Assembly (NCBI GenBank): GCA_947478395.1
Contig: CANJVR010000007.1
Location: forward strand, 59,219-123,218
From: Opitutia bacterium
GTDB lineage: Bacteria > Verrucomicrobiota > Verrucomicrobiia > Opitutales > Opitutaceae
DNA length: 64,000 bases
Reading direction: 5' to 3'
Shown here: positions 56,281-64,000 of the stretch, piece by piece
Layout of the letters: each line of letters begins with the position of its first letter
Position numbering within the stretch: position 1 is the stretch's first letter
Made by a program: the position numbers and the translations under genes
Notes under the pieces: generated by a model
What the model was told of the DNA's origin: nothing
What the model saw: the letters and a program-made list of their open reading frames with translations, nothing else
The model's database searches: none

Positions 56281-57594
56281 ATGAAAAATCCCGAACTTCC
56301 AACGACCGGCCGGGCAACCGCGGCAGCCATCGAAGAGCTAGTCTACGCCAAGGTCTTCTGGCGCCTGATTCCTCTTCTCATGGGCTGTTATGTCGTCGCC
56401 TACCTCGACCGGGTAAATCTGGGCTTTGCCAAGCTGCAGATGGCCGGGGAACTCGGGTTCAGCGAAACCGTGTACGGGCTCGGGGCGGGCATTTTCTTTC
56501 TGGGGTATTTCCTTTTCGAGGTGCCCAGCAATCTGCTGCTGCACAGGGTCGGCGCGCGGCTGTGGATCGGCCGCATCATGATCACGTGGGGGCTGATCTC
56601 CGGCCTCTTTGCCTTCACCACGACGCCGCTCGTGTTCTATACGCTGCGGTTCCTGCTCGGCATCGCCGAGGCGGGGTTTTACCCCGGGATCATCCTCTAT
56701 CTGACGTATTGGTATCCGACCGAACGTTTCGGCAAAGTGGTGGCGATTTTTGTCTCGGCGATTCCGATCTCGGGGATTTTCGGCAATCCAATCTCGGGCT
56801 GGATCCTGGATCACACCCACGGGGCCGTCGGGCTCCATGGCTGGCAATGGATGTTCATTCTCGAAGCACTACCGGCCCTCGTGCTGGGATGCGTGGTCCT
56901 CTTCTACCTCGACAATGGCATCCGCTCCGCCCGCTGGCTGACCGAGGAGGAAAAGCAGGTGCTCGAACGCAACATCGTCGCCAACGAGGCGGGAAAGGAA
57001 GGCCCGCGGTCGGTGGCGACTGCCTTTGCGGACCCCCGCCTGTGGCTGCTGTGCCTGATCTATTTCGCCTTCGTCGCGGGCCAATATGGTCTGACCTTCT
57101 GGATGCCGACGCTGATCAGCGCGGCCGGCATCAAGGGCAATCTCTTGGTGGGTTGCCTGAGCGCCATCCCGTATGTCGTGGCGGTGGCGACCATGAACTT
57201 TTTGGGCCGCCACGCCGATGCGCACCGGGAGCGACGGTGGCATCTGGTGGTTCCTGCGGTGGTCGGAGCGGTCGGGCTCGTCGGCGCCGCGCTCACGCCG
57301 CAAAATCCCGTGGCCGCGATCGCGTTCCTGTCGCTCGCCGCCGCCGGCGTCCTCTCCTGCACGCCGCTTTTCTGGTCGTTGCCCACCGCCTTTTTCACAG
57401 GCTACGGCGCCGCAGCGGGGATCGCAGGCATCAACGCCATCGGCAACCTGGCCGGCTTTGCCAGCCCGGTTTTGGTCGGCTACCTGAAGGATGCGACCCA
57501 CGACAACCGCATCGGCATGTATGTGCTCGCCGGGACCGTCGTGTTGGGCGCCCTCGCCGTGCTGCGCCTGCCCGCCAAGCTCGTGAACCGCTGA
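56281..57594 (+). CDS. MFS transporter (anion:cation symporter, tartrate/sugar-acid type)
   Basis: AYLDRVNLGFA, FEVPSN, RFLLGIAEAGFYPG, GWQWMFILE, GNLAGF. Confidence 0.92.
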   Translation: MKNPELPTTGRATAAAIEELVYAKVFWRLIPLLMGCYVVAYLDRVNLGFAKLQMAGELGFSETVYGLGAGIFFLGYFLFEVPSNLLLHRVGARLWIGRIMITWGLISGLFAFTTTPLVFYTLRFLLGIAEAGFYPGIILYLTYWYPTERFGKVVAIFVSAIPISGIFGNPISGWILDHTHGAVGLHGWQWMFILEALPALVLGCVVLFYLDNGIRSARWLTEEEKQVLERNIVANEAGKEGPRSVATAFADPRLWLLCLIYFAFVAGQYGLTFWMPTLISAAGIKGNLLVGCLSAIPYVVAVATMNFLGRHADAHRERRWHLVVPAVVGAVGLVGAALTPQNPVAAIAFLSLAAAGVLSCTPLFWSLPTAFFTGYGAAAGIAGINAIGNLAGFASPVLVGYLKDATHDNRIGMYVLAGTVVLGALAVLRLPAKLVNR

Positions 57595-57648
57595 ACTGCG
57601 ACGGCGACTCAACGCCGGCCGCTCCAAATACTCACTTTCATCCCTCCC

Positions 57649-58617
57649 ATGAAAATCATCATCACCGGTGGCGCCGGTTTCCTTGGTCAACGTCTCGCCA
57701 AGCGGCTGCTCCAACATTATCCCGACTCGATCCGCCTCCTGCTGGCCGACCGCGTCACGACCGACGCTTTTGCGGCCGACCGCCGGGTGCAGTCCGTGGT
57801 GTGCGACATCGCCCGAAACGCCGATGTCGAGCGACTGGTGACCCCGGACACCGCTGTGGTCTATCACTTGGCCGCGATCGTGAGCGGCCAGGCCGAGGCG
57901 GAGTTCGATCTCGGCATGACGATCAACCTCGACGCTACGCGGGCCCTGCTGGAGGCGAGCCGGCGGCTGCCGGCCCCACCTAAATTTGTCTTCACCAGCT
58001 CCCTCGCCGTTTTCGGCGGCGAGCTTCCAGCCACCGTCACGGACCCGACCGCCGTCCGCCCGCAATCATCCTACGGCGCGCAAAAAGCCATGGGCGAACT
58101 GCTCGTCAACGAGTACAGCCGGCGGGGCTTCGTCGACGGGCGCGTCGTGCGCCTGCCCACCATCTCGGTCCGGCCGGGCAAACCGAACCGCGCCGCCTCG
58201 TCGTTCGTGAGTGGCATCATCCGCGAGCCGCTGAACGGCGAACCCGCCGTCTGCCCCGTGACCCGCAACGTGCGCCTTTGGCTCTCGTCGCCCGCCACCG
58301 CCATCGAAAATCTGATGCACGCCCATCTCATCCCGGCCCAATCGCTCGGGACGAACCGCACGATCAATCTGCCGGGGCTTTCGGTCACGGTCGGCGAAAT
58401 GATCGAGACGCTGGAACAGGTCGCCGGGCCCGAGATCGTCGCGCGGATCCGTTTTGAACGGGACGAAGTCGTGGAGCGTATCGTCAGCAGCTGGCCGGGA
58501 CGCTTCGACACCGCGCGGGCCGCTGCGCTCGGTTTCCGAGGCGACCAGGACTTTGCCTCGATCATCCGGGGTTATCGGCAAGAGACATTCCCAACCCCCT
58601 CCGCTTCCCATGCGTGA
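57649..58617 (+). CDS. denD: D-erythronate dehydrogenase-like SDR
   Basis: TGGAGFLG, HLAAIVSGQAEAEFDLG, SYGAQK, RLPTISVRPGKPNRAASSFVSGIIREPLNG. Confidence 0.8.
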   Translation: MKIIITGGAGFLGQRLAKRLLQHYPDSIRLLLADRVTTDAFAADRRVQSVVCDIARNADVERLVTPDTAVVYHLAAIVSGQAEAEFDLGMTINLDATRALLEASRRLPAPPKFVFTSSLAVFGGELPATVTDPTAVRPQSSYGAQKAMGELLVNEYSRRGFVDGRVVRLPTISVRPGKPNRAASSFVSGIIREPLNGEPAVCPVTRNVRLWLSSPATAIENLMHAHLIPAQSLGTNRTINLPGLSVTVGEMIETLEQVAGPEIVARIRFERDEVVERIVSSWPGRFDTARAAALGFRGDQDFASIIRGYRQETFPTPSASHA

Positions 58618-59932
58618 ATTGCCCAGCCCCGCCAAGATCGTCGTGTTGGACGACGATCCCACGGGCACCCAGACCGTCCACGGCATTCCGGTGCTCACGG
58701 AATGGAGCGTACCCTCGCTCGTCGCGGAACTCACGGCGCCCGGACCGTGTTTTTATATCCTGACCAACAGCCGGGCGTTTCCCCAAAAACGCGCTTGCGC
58801 CATCAACCGCGAGATCGGCCTCAATCTCGTCAGCGCCGGCCGTTTATGCGGCCGGTCGTTCCAGGTCGTGAGCCGGAGCGATTCGACGCTCCGCGGCCAC
58901 TATCCCGCGGAAACTGATGCGCTCGCCGAGGCGCTGGGCGGCGACTTCGACGCCACGCTGATTATCCCGGCGTTCTTCGACGGCGGTCGTCTCACGATGA
59001 ACGACATCCACTACGTGGCGAACGCGGGCAACCTGGTGCCGGCCGGCGAGACGGAATTCGCCCGCGACGCCACCTTTGGCTACCGCGCCTCGAACCTGCG
59101 CGACTGGGTCGAGGAGAAAACCTCCGGCCGCGTGCGCGCCGGCAATGTCGTGTCGTTTTCCCTGGACGATCTGCGCGGCGATCGCGCCCGGCTGACCGCC
59201 AAGCTGGCCGCGCTCGCCGGCGGCGCCGTCGCGATCGTCAACGCCACCGAGCCGGCTGATCTGTCCGCCCTCGCGCAAGCTCTGGCGGTCGCTCAGGCCG
59301 GTGGGAAAAAATTCCTATTCCGCACCGCGGCCTCGTTTGTTGCCGCGCACGCCGGCATCGCGCCGCGACCGCTGCTGCGCGCGGAGGAAATCGCGTCGCC
59401 GGGGACGGGTTGTGGGCTCCTCGTCGTCGGTTCATACGTCGGGAAAACCTCCCTGCAACTGCAGGAACTATTGCAGAGCGGCCGGGTCTCGGCCGTCGAA
59501 ATTGTGGTCGAGAAACTTCTGGTTCCGGCCGAACGGGCCGCGGAAGTGGCCCGCGCCGCCCGGCAGGTGGAGGCCTCGCTCGAACAGGGCGCGAACGTCG
59601 CGCTGTCAACGAGCCGCACGCTGGTGACCGGCCGCAACGCCGCGGAGAACCTGGCCATCGGCGAGACCGTTTCCCGCAGCTTGGTGGAGATTGTGGCCGC
59701 GCTTCGAAAGCGACCGCGCTGGTTGGTGGCGAAGGGCGGCATCACGTCGAGTGATGTGGCCACCGCCGCGCTCGGCGTACGGCGCGCGCTCATCCTCGGC
59801 CAGGCGCTGCCTGGCGTCCCAGTGTGGCAGCTCGGTCCGGAGACCCGCTGGCCCGGTCTGGCCTACGTGGTTTTCCCGGGAAACGTGGGCGGGACTGATG
59901 CGCTGGTTCAGCTCATCACGATGCTTGGCTAA
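58610..59932 (+). CDS. Four-carbon acid sugar kinase family (DUF1537) protein
   Basis: VLDDDPTG, TNSR, RSDSTLRGH, PAFFDGGR, KGGITSSD, FPGNVG. Confidence 0.9.
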   Translation: MRELPSPAKIVVLDDDPTGTQTVHGIPVLTEWSVPSLVAELTAPGPCFYILTNSRAFPQKRACAINREIGLNLVSAGRLCGRSFQVVSRSDSTLRGHYPAETDALAEALGGDFDATLIIPAFFDGGRLTMNDIHYVANAGNLVPAGETEFARDATFGYRASNLRDWVEEKTSGRVRAGNVVSFSLDDLRGDRARLTAKLAALAGGAVAIVNATEPADLSALAQALAVAQAGGKKFLFRTAASFVAAHAGIAPRPLLRAEEIASPGTGCGLLVVGSYVGKTSLQLQELLQSGRVSAVEIVVEKLLVPAERAAEVARAARQVEASLEQGANVALSTSRTLVTGRNAAENLAIGETVSRSLVEIVAALRKRPRWLVAKGGITSSDVATAALGVRRALILGQALPGVPVWQLGPETRWPGLAYVVFPGNVGGTDALVQLITMLG

Positions 59933-60510
59933 AAGGGAGGTCAACTCCCTCCGCGCCCCGCGAGGGCAACTCCATCGCCGCGTTCTGGCCGCCGGGCTGG
60001 CCTCTTTCCCGTTCGGCCGGGCTTTGCGCTCGGGTTGAAGGGTAAGAGCGTGCAAATCTTAGCTCAGGATTTGGGGGTGCTCAAAGATGCGAATGTTGCG
60101 TCTGAGCTGCGAAAAATACTTCAGGGGAAAGCAAGAAAACAGGACCGTGAAACTCGGTACGGACTAGAGCTTCGGGATGTATCTGGCGGTTCGCTAAGAA
60201 ATGCCGACTTTGACGGTTACTTATATTTAGGCTGAAAAAAATGGTCCAATTGCGGTGGATATCGACACTTGCTTCTTCAACCGACTGAGAAACGGCATAG
60301 GGATAAAGGTATAGAACTTTGTATGGAGCGGATCGTGGCGGGATGGCATTATATTCATTTATTAATGCTTAATCTTTGGCGGAGTAATCTGCATTAGTTA
60401 GTAGCAAATTTTTTACAGATACTTTTATTTTAGTGCTCGCTCAATTACGCTTTTGAGTTATAAAAAAAAGCCGGCGCTCAAGGTTCAGTCGTATATAGCT
60501 TCATTAAAAT

Positions 60511-63500
60511 ATGAAATATAAATATCATGCACTGTTCTGCTTCATTTCAATTTTAAGCTATTCGTGCGGTGCTGTTATTTCCGGTAAGGTTCCCGTTGTT
60601 ACGGGAATCGCATCAGGTATAATCACGCTCTCTAATCGTAACAATATTTACACGACATCAATTGATGGAAGTGGTAATTATCGATTCCAAGACGTAAACG
60701 CTGGTTTATATTCCTTAAAATCAGAGATTTATGGTTATAACCAAAGTAATACGGTTAACGTCGACGCTACAAGTGCGACCAGTGTCACAGTCCCTGACTT
60801 GGCGATAGAACAATACACTTCAGTCGGTACTAATTACAGTTACACGTGGATCCAGGATCAAAGTTACGCTGGTTTGCCTAAGACAGATGTAACGCAAAAT
60901 ATCGTCAAACCTGTTTCGGTGAATATTTTGGGGAAAGCGTATGAGATGGCCGATGTCAGTTATAGTCAGGACCTATTTGATAAATACGGAATTACTTTGA
61001 GCAACGGTGTGGCCGCATGGACTCAAGAATACGCTTACCGGCTTTACGTTGTGCTGGAACGGATCCCCCAAATCAGCGGGTCGGATTATAAATATAATAA
61101 TAATTTGAGCCCCACCCTTTGGACGTTAACGACCGAGGCGATTGCAGATGACATTGAAATCGGCTCAGGGGTAAACGCGGGCTTAATACGAATCTCGACA
61201 GCGGCTTTCACCTATGCCGCGCCTTTGGTCGTTGAGATAGATGGGGTCCGTGGTCTTTATTTTTCGAAAAGACTACATCACGCGCTGGTGAATTTTGTTA
61301 CGGGAGGCGGGGCTGACCAAGCCGCGGTCGCCAAAATCTTATCGGAAAGGTTTGGCGTAGCAATAGATACCGATGCTGCCCGTTTGAACTATGCGTTGTT
61401 TACTACTGAGGCACCGAGTCGCTTTCAAAATTGGTTTAAACATCCTGCGGAAATAGTAGATATTATCAATAAGTTCGAAGAGCTACCGGAGGGTATGCAC
61501 AAAATTCCTGGCTTTAAATGGTTGATTCGACGGCTAGATGGAACTGTAAATCCAGTACATCCAGAGGCTCCGGCTATTGCCTGGACTGGGGGTTATATGG
61601 AGTTTATGGAATCGGCCTTTAGTGCTTTTGATGCGTCATCTATTTCGAAGTTAATTCTTCATGAAAAAGCTCATTTTATTTATCAATTTATTTTGACGCA
61701 GGCGTTTAAAAAGGCATGGGCTGATTTAGGTGGCTGGCAGGATTCGGCTAACCCGGCAAATCCAAATTATGACGCCACGGGTGGTTGGCAGACCACTAAG
61801 ACCACGGAGTTTGTAAGTGCCTACGCGCACGATAAAAATCCGAATGAAGATTTTGCAGAATCAATCGCTTCATTTGTAATAAATCCGGATATTCTCAAGG
61901 CGCGATCGATTGCGAAATACAATTTTATTCGTGATGCCGTAATGTTGTCTAATTCTTATGTTTCGATTATACGCCCTGATCTAACTTTCGCGGTGCTTAA
62001 TTTATATCCTTCTTATGATTATCCCGGTAAAATTAAGCGCATAGCTACAACAGTGACCGGCGACGCCGAAGCCGACAAGAACTTAACAGTCGAAATTGAA
62101 ATTACGCCTTTTGGGGCTAATTCAAATCCCGCTCAAGCCATTTCTGCTAGGATTAACAGTTCTGTTTCTATAGCTGCCCCCGTTGCGGTATACTTCGACA
62201 TGTGGTTTTCTCCGGTGAATAAGGAGTGTACTATTTTTCGGGGCACTCAGGTTCTGAGTAAACATATTCGCTCCGGTTATTGGCAAATGCCAAATGCGAG
62301 AATTATTGATACTGTTGGGCTGGAGAGATATGAATCCTCACTGCTTTATGGTTTTAAGTGCTATATAAATAATCCTTTGGAGGACATTGTTGCTCCTCAA
62401 GTTCAACCCAAATCTTCCTCGATCTCTCTCAGGTTGGGTACCGAATTGGGTCATCCAGTACAGATTGCTACAGTGAAATTCTATGTAACAGAAAATACAG
62501 GTTTAAATCATTATTATGCTAGCCTAGTCCCACCTAATTCTTATCGAATGCAAAAATATGGGGAAGGCGTGACTCTTGGTAATGGTGAGCGATCAATTGA
62601 TTTTATTATACGCGAATATGCCCCAACGGGTCGTTATAGTGTGAATCAAATAATGCTTAAGGATTTTGGCCTGAATTTAAATTACACCTATTTTAAGTCT
62701 AGTAGCGGTAACTCTGACGGAACTACGGTGAATCTTGATGAGATTGCTCCTGCCATTGATATTGTAACGCTTAGTCCAGATACCTCGCCCCCCGAGCTTG
62801 ATGTTAATCGCATTTCCGTTAAAGCGGTTCCTACTAACTTAGTTGTCCCAGATGGTGAAACCTTGGTGACCGTTGAGTATTACGTGCGTGATAACGTTTC
62901 GGGTTACGGTAGCGCCAGTTATCTCAGATTGCGTGATCCTCAAGGTTTAGAGCACACTTACTATACCTATCATCGCAACTGGTACACGGATTATTTTGAG
63001 GGTGATCCGCGTGCTTGGGAAAAATACACTCAGCAAATTATTTTACCCAGAGGGTCTGTGCCCGGAATTTGGGGTTTGTCGCAGATGACTCTTGTTGATA
63101 AGGCAGGTCAGGGCAAGGGTTATGATTTTACTGAAACGGTACGGTTCGACCCTAACAGCACGGCTGCATCTGATTTACAAATTACTCAGGACCCGGTCGG
63201 GAGGAGTTATCAAAATGGAGACACTGTAGTGCTTTCGGTAAAGGTATCCGGTGGGGAGAAAGTTAGCTACGAATGGTTCAAAGATGGGGTCTCTTTACTT
63301 TCGGGTCAAAAAACTTCGATCATACGGGCCGACGGCTTGCCGCCGGATCCTGTGAATCCATCTCAATCGGCCGTTTATCTTTCTGCGGGTACTTCGACGC
63401 TTCAAATCACCGGAGCAGGCAAAGTTGAAGCAGGTAATTATTATTGTGTTATTTCCAATTCTTCAGGCCGTGTAATTAGCAAGGCTGTCGATCTTGTCTT

Positions 63501-64000
63501 TAGCGCGGATAGCACACCGATGGTCACGACGCAGCCAGGCGCAAGTTCGGTCACCACGGGCAGTGCAGCTAGCTTCTCGGTCGGAGCGAGTGGTACCGCT
63601 CCTTTAACCTATCAATGGAAAAAAGACGGCACCTCCATTAGTGGAGCAACTTCGTCAACGTACACGATCAGCTCTACCTCCACGAGCGACGCGGGTAGCT
63701 ACACCGTGGTGGTGACCAACAGCGCCGGTTCAGCGACGAGTAACGCCGTAACGTTAACTGTGGCTGCAGCGGTCGTAGCTCCAACCATCACGACGCAGCC
63801 AAGCGTAAGTTCGGGCACCGCAGGGAGCGCGGCTAGCTTCACGATCGTCGCCAGTGGAACGGCACCGCTTACCTATCAATGGAAAAAAGACGGCACCTCC
63901 ATTAGTGGAGCAACTTCGTCAACGTACACGATCAGCTCTACCTCCACGAGCGACGCGGGTAGCTACACCGTGGTGGTGACCAACAGCGCCGGTTCAGCGA
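60511..64000 (+). CDS. Large secreted zinc metallopeptidase with C-terminal Ig-like repeats (partial, >1163 aa)
   Basis: Translated by hand, no stop from ATG 60511 to the edge; signal peptide, carboxypeptidase-regulatory-like beta domain, HEKAH (61660-61674), FVSAYA..NPNEDFAES (to 61863), Ig domains with YxWxKDG. Confidence 0.88.
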   Translation, partial: MKYKYHALFCFISILSYSCGAVISGKVPVVTGIASGIITLSNRNNIYTTSIDGSGNYRFQDVNAGLYSLKSEIYGYNQSNTVNVDATSATSVTVPDLAIEQYTSVGTNYSYTWIQDQSYAGLPKTDVTQNIVKPVSVNILGKAYEMADVSYSQDLFDKYGITLSNGVAAWTQEYAYRLYVVLERIPQISGSDYKYNNNLSPTLWTLTTEAIADDIEIGSGVNAGLIRISTAAFTYAAPLVVEIDGVRGLYFSKRLHHALVNFVTGGGADQAAVAKILSERFGVAIDTDAARLNYALFTTEAPSRFQNWFKHPAEIVDIINKFEELPEGMHKIPGFKWLIRRLDGTVNPVHPEAPAIAWTGGYMEFMESAFSAFDASSISKLILHEKAHFIYQFILTQAFKKAWADLGGWQDSANPANPNYDATGGWQTTKTTEFVSAYAHDKNPNEDFAESIASFVINPDILKARSIAKYNFIRDAVMLSNSYVSIIRPDLTFAVLNLYPSYDYPGKIKRIATTVTGDAEADKNLTVEIEITPFGANSNPAQAISARINSSVSIAAPVAVYFDMWFSPVNKECTIFRGTQVLSKHIRSGYWQMPNARIIDTVGLERYESSLLYGFKCYINNPLEDIVAPQVQPKSSSISLRLGTELGHPVQIATVKFYVTENTGLNHYYASLVPPNSYRMQKYGEGVTLGNGERSIDFIIREYAPTGRYSVNQIMLKDFGLNLNYTYFKSSSGNSDGTTVNLDEIAPAIDIVTLSPDTSPPELDVNRISVKAVPTNLVVPDGETLVTVEYYVRDNVSGYGSASYLRLRDPQGLEHTYYTYHRNWYTDYFEGDPRAWEKYTQQIILPRGSVPGIWGLSQMTLVDKAGQGKGYDFTETVRFDPNSTAASDLQITQDPVGRSYQNGDTVVLSVKVSGGEKVSYEWFKDGVSLLSGQKTSIIRADGLPPDPVNPSQSAVYLSAGTSTLQITGAGKVEAGNYYCVISNSSGRVISKAVDLVFSADSTPMVTTQPGASSVTTGSAASFSVGASGTAPLTYQWKKDGTSISGATSSTYTISSTSTSDAGSYTVVVTNSAGSATSNAVTLTVAAAVVAPTITTQPSVSSGTAGSAASFTIVASGTAPLTYQWKKDGTSISGATSSTYTISSTSTSDAGSYTVVVTNSAGSA
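63607..64000 (+). repeat. Exact 130-bp direct repeat (63607-63736 = 63871-64000), period 264 bp, encoding tandem Ig domains
   Basis: Direct comparison of the two copies. Confidence 0.92.

Noticed and set aside
60035..60235. 66-aa ORF at the GC transition
   Set aside because: TTG start, no motif, and no recognisable transposase or integrase similarity.
60377..60393. TGGC...TGCA sigma-54-like motif upstream of the protease
   Set aside because: GG-to-GC spacing is 11 nt rather than the required 10.

Overview
GC-rich bacterial chromosome segment, most consistent with Opitutaceae/Verrucomicrobiota. This is an inference from the double-length UvrA, the DUF1592/DUF1552 pair and the 'PTITTQP...LTYQWKKDG' Ig repeats. 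(1) 1-16.3 kb: amino-sugar and surface-glycosylation cluster with two Gfo/Idh/MocA dehydrogenases, two DegT aminotransferases, an epimerase/dehydratase, an acetyltransferase, a GtrA flippase, two polyprenol-phosphate GT2s and three GT-C-like membrane proteins, two of them divergent paralogs flanking a lipoprotein. (2) 16.4-44.8 kb: mostly housekeeping genes (hemH, PAS hybrid kinase, ruvC, TauE, recF, gmhA-like, amtB-glnK, 2008-aa uvrA, DeoR, GT4, lpdA, M28 peptidase, rnr, glgA, CPD photolyase, TIGR01777, ndk). (3) DUF1552/DUF1592 pair, tRNA-Glu(CTC), then a probable decayed gene-cassette array with attC-like sites. (4) Fe-S (6-4) photolyase with a nonsense-disrupted DUF2256 gene, and an MFS-denD-DUF1537 kinase operon. 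(5) From about 60.0 kb, an AT-rich segment encoding a >1163-aa secreted HExxH metallopeptidase with Ig repeats; it is absent from the ORF track because it runs off the window. Several GTAG-type REP doublets are present, and uvrA has absorbed REP units and heptamer arrays in frame. No CRISPR array, rRNA, intact transposase or integrase was seen. All calls are by-eye motif recognition; no searches were run.
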